A stretch of 64,000 bases of DNA from Octopus vulgaris (Eukaryota), in the NCBI GenBank assembly GCA_951406725.2, contig OX597835.1, positions 50,530,001-50,594,000 of the forward strand. The letters are read 5' to 3'. The notes under the pieces were generated by a model. The model was given only the letters and a program-made list of their open reading frames with translations. It had not been told where the DNA came from and searched no databases. Positions 52,701 through 64,000 of the stretch are shown piece after piece. The position numbers and the translations under genes are program-made. The number at the start of each line of letters is the position of its first letter. Within the stretch, counting starts at the first letter, position 1.

Positions 52701-53568
52701 AGAGTGAACCATCAAGGTATGAGGTGAATAGGAGAGAGGAATAGAATGAAGTGTGGATAGGTAGAGGTTGCAAGAATGTATGAAGCTGAGTGAGGGATGA
52801 TTAGAGATGATAGGGAGTGAGTGAGGAAGTGAAATTGTGAATGAAGAACAAAGAGTGAAGGATGAAAACTTTGTCGAATTCCAAACAGAAGAAAAAAGAG
52901 GACGAATTGGTGTCGTTTTCTTTGTTGTTGAGAAATGTCATTCATCTTTGCTTCCCTCTGCCTGTAACACAGGTAAAACTGATTGAATGTTTGGTAACAA
53001 CATACAAGTCCTTAAATGCAGAAGCAAAGATGTCTGGTACATCACTTTACATGTATGTCACACCTTTATTATAGAATAAATTTTACTTAAATTTAAAATT
53101 GACAGCATGTGTTTTGTGCATGTGTTGATGGGTGTCAATTTTTTTTAAAGCTTGTGGCAGGGTGTTTGACTCTTATATCCAGCAGTTCAAGAGGCTGCAT
53201 AGAAGCGCTCTTGTTGGCTTGCTAGCACTTTTGTTGGTTGGAGCCAGGTTGCAGCACTGTCATGGCTTGCTTAATTTTTTTTTTCTGTGTTCTGGAAAGG
53301 TTCTAGTACTGCACATTTCCTTTTTTTATATATTCTTGATATGACAACCGCCCTCACTTTTTTTTTAAAGAAATAATTGTTTTTTTCAATTGTCAAAATG
53401 TTTGAAGATATTTCATGTTGTATTTTGATGATTTTTTTTTTGTCAACTTGTAGAAATAAAACAAAACAACATTAATCTTGGATTTGCAAGTTATTAATAT
53501 GTATTCTAAGTTTAAACACTCTACACACATTCATCATCATCATAATAATGATGGTTTTTGCTTTTTAG

Positions 53569-53645
53569 CCACCACGACCACCGCCTCGTATAAAATCAAG
53601 TATAACTCGAGGGTCTCCAAAGATCTACTACCGTGCCTCTGATAG
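53569..53645 (+). CDS. DENND1: Probable DENND1 exon, proline-rich (PPRPPPRIKSSITRGSPKIYYRASD-R)
   Basis: ctttttag acceptor, gtaagc donor, phase 0-2; PPRPPP resembles the proline-rich stretch after the DENN domain. Confidence 0.72.
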
Positions 53646-54369
53646 GTAAGCACCTCTTTGCTGCAATCCACCTTACAAACTAACCAGTATGTATTACCAA
53701 AGATGAGATTTACTCTTCACTGCATATCTATATTTGATTGCTAATCCATTTAAATGTCGGAGCTCTCTCCCTCATAAGAACTGTTGTTAATGACTTCTCA
53801 TTACAGGTGGAATTTTAATTCTTTCTTCCCTCCAGCAATTAGCTATGTGAGTTCTTGCTTAAAAGTTTCATGTAGAGATTTCATAACTTTCCAGCAACTC
53901 TTCCTTTTTTCTTTAGTTTCTAATATTTTACTTATGTCTTCACAATCAGCACAACAATATTCGCTATTCTGTAATATATTGTTTTATGCTCCTTGCATTA
54001 TTATTTCTAGTCAGCTTTTTTTAAATTTTATTTTATTTCATGCTTTCTGCATTAATTATGTTAATGGGAACTTATAGTTTGAAGCTGCTTTGGATTGAGT
54101 CATTCGTTGAAACTTGAAAGCTGGAACACAAAACTGAAAAAGATTTGCTAAAATAAACTCAGACATTGTCTTTATCTTAGAATCCATTTTTCCATGTTGG
54201 TATGGGTTGGACAGTTCGACAAGAACCGAACTGAGTTCCAGTCTCTACTTTGGCATGGTTTTTTATCTTTTTGATTGGATGCCCTGCTTAGTGCCAACCA
54301 TTTTACATTGTAGTGGATGCCTTTTTGTGTCACTAAGTAACTTGCAAGACAAAGAAAAAGCCTCCTCAT

Positions 54370-54656
54370 CTACATGGTTGTGTAGTTAGATGTTTGCTTC
54401 CCAACGTCGTGGTTCCAGGTTCAGTCCCATTGTGTGGCACCTTGAGCAAGTGTCTTCTACTATAGCTTTGGGCTGACCAAACCCTTGTGAATAGATATGG
54501 TTCACAGAAACTGAAAGAATATATATATAAGTTCAATTAAAGGTTAAAAACCTCATTAAGGGATAATAAAATCCAATGATTATACTGGTTTATTACATAT
54601 TACAAAAAGTATTGACTATTACATTTAATATTCAACTAATCAGATAAACCGGGGTT

Positions 54657-54714
<58 letters not shown>

Positions 54715-54960
54715 CATATACACATTTGTATGTGCGTGTGTCTTTGTCTGTGTTTGTTCCTCACCACCACTTGACAACCAGTGTTGGTGTGTTGATGTCC
54801 CCATAACTTAGAGATTCAGCAAAAGAGACCAATAAAATAAGTACCAGGCTTAGAAAAAGCTAAGTACTAGGGTTGATACATTTGACTAAAAATTTTTCTA
54901 GGCATTGCCCCAGCATGGCTGCAGTCTAATGATTGAAACAAGTAATAGATAAAAAGAAAG
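54370..54960 (+). mobile_element. tRNA-derived SINE (family of 5084-5490) with an internal insertion
   Basis: ggttcagtccc...ccttgagcaagtgtcttctactatag...gaaacaagtaa tail. Confidence 0.7.
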
Positions 54961-55302
54961 ATAAAAAAGAACTGAATGGGTTTGTCATAGAGAGGGAGGT
55001 GGTTTTATGTTGCGTCAAGATGAACAGGCCCAGGTGTCTTTCTGATGAATAGAAGTTGTAGGGCCTTCTCAGCCAGAGAGAAAAGAGATGCTGAAAGTGT
55101 ACAAACAGTTATTTACCAGCATTATTTTATTGTTATTTCTTTTAGTTTAATTTGTCCAAAAAGTAATGGTTTAGTTTCTAGGAAGTATTCTTGTATTATA
55201 GTTGCTTTTTCCTTCTTTACATTTTTAGTTGATTTGTTCAAACAATAATGCATTGGTTTGTAGAAGGTATTCTTGTATTATAGCTGCCTTTTTTTCTGAC
55301 AG

Positions 55303-55332
55303 GAACTCAGTGTGTCCAGATTCACCAAAAGA
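55303..55332 (+). CDS. DENND1: Probable DENND1 30-nt micro-exon (R-NSVCPDSPK-D/E)
   Basis: tttttttctgacag acceptor, gtaagt donor, phase 2-2 compatible with the previous exon. Confidence 0.6.
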
Positions 55333-57250
55333 GTAAGTTATGTATTTCAGTTAATGACTGACACAAAGCTCGACTGACTCTAATATTTATTAACCCTCTT
55401 CAAAACAACAAATACTCTCACCTCAACCTCGCCTCACTCTTATTTCTTTTGTTATTCTTCTATAATGAATTTTTTGATACTTTGGGTGATATTTCATTAA
55501 TTACTCTAAACTGCCTTCTATGGTACCTTTGTTGCCAATCTGTACTTGGATATATATTTATTTTCTTTTTGCAACATTATCTTGACTGTCATGGACACAG
55601 TATTTCATTAATGTATGTACTCTCTTGTAATACTGTCATACTCCTTGTCAACGCAGATGAGATCTAATTAAATGCTCTACTCTTTTAACACCTCCATGTT
55701 TTTGGCATCATACAGTACTCTATTAACTCTGTACTCCTGCTTTTGTAACACCAGTGTACTTATAAATTGATAATAATTACTACAAGGAAGGAACTATATA
55801 CACACACGTATGTGAATGAATGAATGAATGTGAGTGTGTACATGAATGTGTATAACTTTTTATTAAAAGCCTGGGTAATAGGTGGGTAGTAGAATTGGTA
55901 CAGCATCAACCTACCCTGCAGTATTTATTTACAAACTGAGTGGAAATCTTATCCAGGTTCACTTTGCCTTCCTTGGCTGATAACATAAACACTTAGAGTG
56001 ATAAATGTAATTGACTACACCCTAGGAGTTGCCCCAGTATAGCCTCAGTTCAATAACTGGAACTAGTAAACAGATTAAAGAGCAGAAACAAGTGTTGGTC
56101 AATGGTTAAATAAAAACAAAAATGTTTCAGTCAATATCTGTTGTGGCTTGTTGGTCGTTCTTTAGTTATGGTTTGTTTTATATGTGATAGGTTCTTGAAT
56201 AAAGAAAGATAAGTAGAGTCAAATTTGGGTACAAGGGCAACAATTTTTGGAGGAAAGAGAAGTTAATTACATTAATCCCAGGGCTCAACTAAAAGGTTGA
56301 AAATGTTAACCTTAGCAGGATTTGAACTCAGAACATGAAGACCCAGAAGAAATGCTGCTCAGCATTTTGTATGACAGGCCAACAATTCTGTCAGCTTGCT
56401 GTCTGAATAATAGGCTCACCATCTGAATAATATAATGAGAAAAATCCAACTTCCTTATGATTGGAGAGGGGGTTTTTTTTTTGTTAGAAAGTTGAGGTAA
56501 GAAATGAGAAATTCTGCAAATTTTCTTTTCTAAATCATTCTAGAAAATGGTACTTGTAAAACTGCAATGGAAAATTAAAACTGTGTGTATGTTTGGTCAG
56601 AGGAAGAAAGTCTTATCCCATGATGATCTTTGATGACTCTCAGTTTGGTAACTTCTGTGGTTCAGCTAGGATTTCTGCTGGTTGAGGACTCAAGAGGGCA
56701 AGAAGGGAAATTGAGAAGGCTGCCATTGTGAGATGAGAAGAAGCATTGAGTAATGTGTTTAGTTAGAGTGTGTTAGGTGATGCAGGAGACATAATGAGAT
56801 GAGGGGGCAGGTGCATTGGGTGGGCTCTGATGCAAGTATTATGTGGCTGGCTTGCTTGGTGGAGCAGAAACTGAAGTAATGGCAGAAAAAGAGAATCAAT
56901 GAATGTATTGTGGTGGTTGAATATTTGTATCAAAAATTGCCATTTTTCTAGGATGTGTGCATATGTAACAGTGCTGCCATCTCAGTGATGTTAATATGGA
57001 CCACTCATGAACTTTGTAGAATGTTTCAGAAACTGATTGGGATTAGGGTATTTTGGTCCCCCTCGAGAAAACTTTGGAATAAAGTTTCAGTGATGTTTAC
57101 GATGAGTTAACCATGAGAGAGGGTTGTAAATTGTAAGGAGTTGCAGATATTTTTTTGTCTCACACATATGTTCATTGGGGCTGGGTGTAAGACCATTTTC
57201 TTTGAGTCACAATTGAAATAATGTCTACAAAGTATAGTTCTACAGAGGAC

Positions 57251-60200
57251 TCATCATCATTTAACGTCTACTTTCCATGCTAGCATGGGTTGGACAATTT
57301 TGACTGAGGGCTGGTGAACCAGATGGCTGCACCAAGCTCCAATCTTGATTTGGCAGAGTTTCTACAACTGGATGCCCTTCCTAACACCAACCACTCCGAA
57401 AGTGTAGTGGGTGCTTTTTACGTGCCACCGGCACTGGGGCCAGTCGGGCGGTACTGGCAACGACCTCACTCAAATCCTTTTACACATGCCACCAGCACAG
57501 GTGCCAGTAAGGCAACGTTGATAATGGTCACGCTCGAATGGTGCCCATTTATGTGCCACTGACACGGAAGCCGGTTGGCTGCTCTGGCAACGATCACGCT
57601 CGGATGGTGCGCTTGGCACCCTACTAGCACGAGCACAAGTGCCAGTAAGGCGATGCTGGTTACGATCACGCTCGAATGGTGCCCTTTAAATGTCACTTGC
57701 ACGAAAGCCGGTAGCCACTCTGTCAATGATCGCACTCGTATGGTGCTCTTTGCACCCTGCTATCATGGACGCCAGTCATCGAGTTTGATTTTGCTTTTGA
57801 TTGATTTCACTTACCTCAACAGGTCTTCGCAAGCAGAGTTTTAGTGTCCAAAGAAAGAAAAGGTACGCATAAGTGGACTGGTTACGCCCCTGGCATAGGC
57901 CATGAGATTATGGTTTCATTTGGCTTGCCAGGTCTTCTCAAGCACAGCATACTTCCATAGGTCTCAGTCACTAGTCATTTCTTTGGTGAGGCATAAAGTT
58001 CGAAGGTTGTGCTTCACCACTTCATCCCAGGTCTTCCTGGGTCTACCTCTTGCACAGGTTCCCTCAACCGCTAGGGTGTGGCACTTTTTCACACAGTTGT
58101 CCTCATCCATTCTTGCCACATGACCATACCAGCACAGTCGTCTCTCTTGCACACCACATCTGATGCTTCTTAGGTCCAACATTTCTTTCAAGGTACCTAC
58201 ACTCTGTCGAGTATGCACACTGACATTACACATCCATCGGATCATACTGGCTTCATTCTTTGCGAGCTTACGCATGTCCTCAGCAGTCACAGCCCATATT
58301 TCACTGCCATGTAGCATGGCTGTTCGTACGCAAGCGTCATACAGTCTACCTTTTACTCTGAACAAGAGGCCCTTTGTCACCAGAAGAGGTAAGAGCTCTC
58401 TGAACTTTGCCCAAGCTATTCTTATTCTAGCAGCTACACTTTCAGCGCACCCCACTCCGCTACTGACTTGGTCCCCTAGGTAACGAAAGCTATCAACTAC
58501 TTCTAGTTTTTTTCCCTGGAATGTGGCGGAAGTTGGTCTCTGCATATTTTTAGTGTTTATTGCTCCCTAGCATCTGCCACATACAAAAACTATCTTCCCC
58601 GTTAGCCTCCCTTTGATATTACTGCACCGCTTATGTGTCCATAGCTTACACTGGGTACATCTTATAGAGTTTCTACCTACGCCTCTACTACAGATTGAGC
58701 AGGGCCATCTACCTGAAGGAATTTGTGGTTTGCCTGCCTTCCTACATATTAGGACATTGGTTTTAGCTAGGTTGACTCTAAGGCCCTTCGATTCTAATCC
58801 TTGTTTCCACACTTGAAACTTCTCTAGTTCTGTTAGTGACTCAGCAATTAGAGCAAGGTCATCAGCATAGAGGAGCTCCCAGGGGCATCCTGTCTTGAAT
58901 TCCTTCGTTATTGCCTGGAGGACTATGATAAATAGGAGGGGTCTGAGGACTGAACCTTGGTGGACCCCTACCTCTACCCGGAATTCTTCAGTGTATTCGT
59001 TGCCAACCCTCACCTTACTTGCGGCGTCCCTGTACATGGCTTGCACAGCTCTCACTAACCATTCATCTATCCCTAGTTTCCTCATTGACTACCAGATAAG
59101 GAATTGGGGGACCCTGTCAAAGGCTTTCTCCATGTCAACGAAAGCCAGGTACAGGGGCTTATCTTTGGCCAGGTATTTCTCCTGCAGTTGTCTTACCAGA
59201 AATATGGCATCAGTAGTGCTTTTCCCTGTCACGAACCCAAACTGCATCTCATCCAAGTTGACTCTCTTCTTAATCAGTTGGGCTATGACCCTCTCCGTAA
59301 CCTTCATTATCTGATCCAACAGCTTGATACATCTGTAATTATTTGTATCTAAAGCGTCACCTTTACCTTTGTAGCAGTTGACTATTATGCTGCTACACCA
59401 GTCATTGGGTATGACTCCTTCGTGTATCACCTGGTTAACTATATGGGTAACTAGGCTATAGTTGACACTACCAGAATTTTTGAGCATCTCTGCAGTAATT
59501 CCTGATGGGTCTGGGGCCTTCCCTGTCTTCATGCTTCTAATTGCCTTATCTACCAAGGAACTGTCAACTTGGATAGCTGGTCCCTCTGTTGGGTTGACAT
59601 TTGGCAGACTCTCTTTATCCCATTCATTTTCTTTATTCAGCAACCTTTCATAGTGGTGTCTCCAAACCTCTCTCTTTGAATCCTCATTCAGCGCAACTGA
59701 ACCATCATCCATGCGAACACATTTCTCTCCTACCACATCACGATTCTCTTTCACACACTGTCTTGCAACATGAAATACCTGAAGTCTTTGGTCCTCACGG
59801 CGCAGAACATTGGCAAATTTTTTCTTATTTGCTTCCCCTTGGCTAAATAAACCTGCCTCCTAGCTTCTTCTGGCAGTCTGATACACTTCCCTGCCACCAC
59901 CATTCTTCCAAGCCTGTTTCTTTTGCTTAATAGCCCTGTCAACAACATTGTTCCACCACCACGTTATTTTCGGTCGGGAGGGGACTTTGCACCATCCTCA
60001 GATCTAGTCGGTGGCCCTTAGCAGGTTTTCCCGTAGGAACCTCCAGTTGTCTTCTATACCACGTGAAGCTATATCCCCTTCTATTCCGTCAAAGGCTTCG
60101 AGTAATATGTCTCTAAATGTCTGTCCATTTGCAGGATCTTTAAGTCTCCAGACCCTTCTTCTCCTTGCTGGTCATCTTCTGGGCATCCATTTAGCCCTGA

Positions 60201-61050
60201 TCCTGAAGTCACTAACTACTAGTCTATGTTGTGGGGTACATTCTTCGCCTGGGAAGGTTTTGGCATTTATAAGCAACTATCTTTCCCTTTTTCTGGTGAG
60301 GATGTAGTCGATCTGACTAGTGTGTCTGCCAGTGCGGTAGGTGACTCGGTGGCTAGCAGGTTTTCTGAAGTTTGTATTGCAAACCATAAGATCATTTGCA
60401 TCACAGAACTCCAGCAGCCTGTTTCCCTCCTCATTGCGAGAACCAAAACTGTAGCCTCCATGTATATCATGGAAGCCCCCAACATGTTGTCCAACATGTC
60501 CATTGAAGTCGACAGCCACAAAGAGAAGGTCCCTGTCATTCGTCAACGCGGTAGTCTGCAAGAGGGCGTCATAGAATCGGTCTTTCTGTCCATCGGGTAG
60601 CTCCGGCTGAGGGGCATAGGCCAAGATAATGGTTGCTAACCCATGATGGAGCACTAATTTAATCTTAAGTATTCTGTTGCATACTCTGACTACCTCAATT
60701 ACTTTATCTACCCATTTCTCCGCAAGAAGTATACCCACGCCCCCAACCCCATCAGTGTTCCCTGCCCAGAAAATCTTGTTCCTGTGTTCTTTGCCTGTGA
60801 GGAACCTAGCAGAACCTCCTCTCCACCTTACTTCTTGGATGCAGCACATATCGACACATCTCCGTTCAAGCATCTCGACAATCTTACCAGACCTACATTT
60901 CAGTGTGCCGACGTTGAGAGTGCCAACTCCGAGGGTGTGGGAGGTATGGGCCCTAGAGACCCTGGGATGGGGGACAGTGGTGTCATGTACCTGAAAAAGA
61001 GCTCGTGTTTGGCAAAATTCATAAGCAAACAATGATCTTAAATTCAACCG
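57251..61050 (-). mobile_element. Near full-length RTE LINE (APE-RT-PHD), inactivated by stops/frameshifts
   Basis: GTLNV.TL, IQEVRW, GVGILL, AYAPQ, DFN, IDYIL endonuclease motifs; complete RT motifs; PHD; tandem 3'UTR; GAT tail at 57251. Confidence 0.93.
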
Positions 61051-61210
61051 GCTTGCACTACACTATCATGTTTTGCACTGTATGATCACTACCTTATATA
61101 GTAGGGGTGGGGTTGGCGTTAGGTGTTTAGGTGTTTATGGGAGACAAGCAAAGGAAGATGAGATAGGGACTTCCAGTACAGGTGGAGAGGGTGGGAGGGT
61201 GGGCGTACTG

Positions 61211-62047
61211 CCGCGAACTGGCAACCATGGGCTAGGAATTAAGAGACAGAAAAAGGCCGATAGATATCTATCGGCATATAATGTAGGAATTAGATAGACA
61301 GAATGAAGGCCGATAGATGAGCCAGTGGATGGGGTGGGGGGGTCAGTACACGTGGGAGGAATGGTTCCGGGATTTGGGGAAAGACAAGATTAGAGACGAA
61401 AGACTGTGTGATAAATTTTCATGAGTGAAAGAATATGTTGCAAATTAAGGAAATGCATGAGCTAGGGTTTAAGATGAAAAGACATCGACAGTAAGATGGA
61501 AAGACAGAATAGCGAGAAAATAATAAGGGTTTATGGTGATAATAAGGGTTTATGGTGATAATACTCACAAAAATACAATGAAAGGAGTGAGAAGTTGAAA
61601 GCTTAAAATCTCTGAAATTCTTCATCCTCTGAGAATCGTGTTTACAGCCAGGGTATCGAAGTCAATAGAATGGTCAAGCAGCATGCATTAGTTTATATAG
61701 GGTGGAGGAAGCTGTGGAGGGGGGGGAAGTAGGGAGTCTTGGCTAGGCGGATGGTACTCGAAAGAGAGTTAGATATAGACACAGACAGAGTGGCAATTGA
61801 TAGAGAGAGAGAGACACATAGTGATAAAGGGAGGGGAGACACAACATGACAACAAACCTCCGCGAACTGGCAACCATGGGCTAGGAATTAAGAGACAGGA
61901 AAGGCCGATAGATAGATAAGCATATAGTGTAGGAATTAAATAGACAGTGAAGGCCGATAGATGAGCTAGTGGGTGGGGTGGGGGGGTCAGTACACGCGGA
62001 AGGAATGGTCCCGGGATTTGGGGAAAGACAAGATTAGAGACGAAAGA
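61211..62047. repeat. ~190-bp direct repeat pair (61211-61403 and 61860-62047)
   Basis: ccgcgaactggcaaccatgggctaggaattaagagacag...gggaaagacaagattagagacgaaaga occurs twice. Confidence 0.85.
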
Positions 62048-63249
62048 AATTACAATTGTGGAACTCGAGATACTCTCTTCAAATTTAATAATTCCAGTCG
62101 GCTGCATCAGTAAAATGGCACTCACTAAAAGTTGGTAGTTATGTATTTCATCACTGGATAAATTTCAGTCTGGATGGTCTGGAGCCCACCTAGGATAATA
62201 GAGACCATATTGCAGACAGGTGGATAAACAGGTTAATTTGTGATATTGACAATTTTCCTTGTGTTTAGTCTGTCTTTGATACACTACAATGTTATTTCAG
62301 AAACCCACATGGCATATGGATGCTTGTGTGTCTGTGCATGTGTGTCTGCATATATGCACAAATATTGTGTATTGTCAACTTGGCACAAAATATTTATATT
62401 TAACCTCAACCAATAATTGAATTTATTGCTAAAATTGACCATAATTTAATCATGAATAATGCTATAGTAATTCTGTACTCTTGTATTTTACTGTGACGCT
62501 ACTCCTGATTCGACAGGTATTATATAATTACTTACTATACTCCTCTTTAACAACATGGTAGCATTTTTGGCCGGATATGGTGCTTCATTAACATTGTTTT
62601 CTATCGTCTTTCCAATTTCTCCCTACAATCCTATTTCTTGTATTAATTCATTGTCTTCATTTAAAATGCCAACTTCACAGTGTGTGAACTGAATTTTTGT
62701 CTATCAAGGATTTTACATTTTTAAAATATTTTTATATGAGACCTGTATAATCTGGTTGCTTGAGTACTTTTCCTATGAAAAGTACATAATATTCTTGACC
62801 TCCTTGGTCCCTTGTCCTGATGTTTTAAATATATTGTATTGGCTTGGTACCAGTTTGGTAGCTTGATTGGTGCTTGGCTGGGGGATGCAGTGGGAGTTAG
62901 AAGAATATTGAGTCGGTGTTGACAAATAGTTATACCAAAAACTTGGCCAAGTGGAGTGAATTAATATTTTTCTCTTAGGGATAAGGCTGATAGTCAAAAG
63001 CCTGATATTTTGAACAGAATCCTCTGTTCAAGAGACAGGTCCTGTCTGATATGTAAAACTTCTCTTATTCATAGCAAAAAAACCCATTTATTGGACTTCA
63101 GAAATTTTCTGTATTCATAATTGTATATATTTTACTTTAGCAAGTTTGTCTTGTAAAATAAAACTCCACCCACAATGAATCCTTGCAAATGTTTAAATTT
63201 GAAGAACTGTATGACAGTGCTTGTTGCATGTTCTTCCCTTTCTGTCTGT

Positions 63250-63580
63250 GTTTTTTCAAAAAAAATTTTCTACTGTGGCTTGAGGAATAGTGCACATCAT
63301 TGTGAAGAGCTGAGTAGGCTGAGGGTGGTTGAGTGCAGGAGATAGGAGACTTGCCAACTCTGAAGAACAGAGGCCATTATAGTAGTTACAAGAAAGACAA
63401 AGAGAGGAGATGGCATGCTTGTTGGGTAGAGGCTGCAGCATGTCTGCTAGTGATTGAATGCCAACAGGTCCAGAATGTCTGCATGTGTGGTGTACAGCAG
63501 CAATGCCATTCCAGATATGGGAGCAGTAATCTATTGTGGGCCTTACAATAGGCTCAATATTGCAATGTCTGTGCTTCATA
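63250..63580 (-). mobile_element. Degenerate LINE (CR1/Jockey-group) C-terminal fragment
   Basis: IVRPTIDYCSHIW...LQPL...SLCL...YYNGLCSSELASL. Confidence 0.6.
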
Positions 63581-64000
63581 CATTCCTTACCTGTAGCGTA
63601 AGTATTTGTATGTTACTATAGTTACGTCTGGTTATAAACTAAAGAAAGAATTTCCATGCAGTCATCTGGAATGCTCAATGTTACATCAAAATATTCTTCA
63701 AATCTCGATTAGTCTTAAATTCATTTTATAAAATGAAAAAAACAGTATGATAGTCATGATTGGACTGTCTGTTATCAAAGATCTGCTCAGTTTAGTTAAC
63801 CTGAGACTAAACAGCAGCAGCAACAACTACAATCTAGAAATTTACTGTTATTTATAGTGCTTTGAGCAAGGGTAGAGCACACACATGTTATGATATATAT
63901 ATACTCTTATCAGAATATATATTTATGCTGTGTAACTTTTAAACTGGTCAACAAAATGAAACTTTTTTTAATCATCAGAGTTGCTGATTGACTTTTTTGG

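Noticed and set aside
51960-52940. Possible additional retroelement (GC-richer block, aaggcaatgggaaacc on the minus strand, (TAG)n tract)
   Set aside because: No coding motif or clear termini; cannot be classified without a repeat library.
62046-62116. Hammerhead-like pieces on the minus strand (CUGAUGC ... ACAAUUGUA)
   Set aside because: No GAAA, position A9 is altered, and stem I is unconvincing.

Overview
Eukaryotic, AT-rich, repeat-dense genomic DNA. The SINE/LINE repertoire and (TA)n content suggest a coleoid cephalopod (Octopus-like); this is inference. The whole window lies inside one + strand gene, a DENND1/connecdenn (Rab35 GEF) orthologue. I could trace 13 internal exons (1638-55332) with consistent splice phases, including a probable GC-AG intron and two micro-exons. 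The start and stop codons were not found in the window. The introns hold RTE LINEs (one family carries a PHD-type finger inside the RT), CR1-like LINEs, a hAT/Charlie-type transposon, a piggyBac nested in a composite Helitron nested in a LINE, tRNA-derived SINEs, and many Penelope-like element (PLE) copies. The most striking signal is about 13 type-I hammerhead ribozyme motifs plus a degenerate pair. Most sit as divergent pairs in the arms of fold-back (inverted-repeat) PLE-derived elements inserted in (TA)n microsatellites, concentrated at 33-45 kb. Most ORFs in the supplied track (YIYI/THTH) are microsatellite artefacts.
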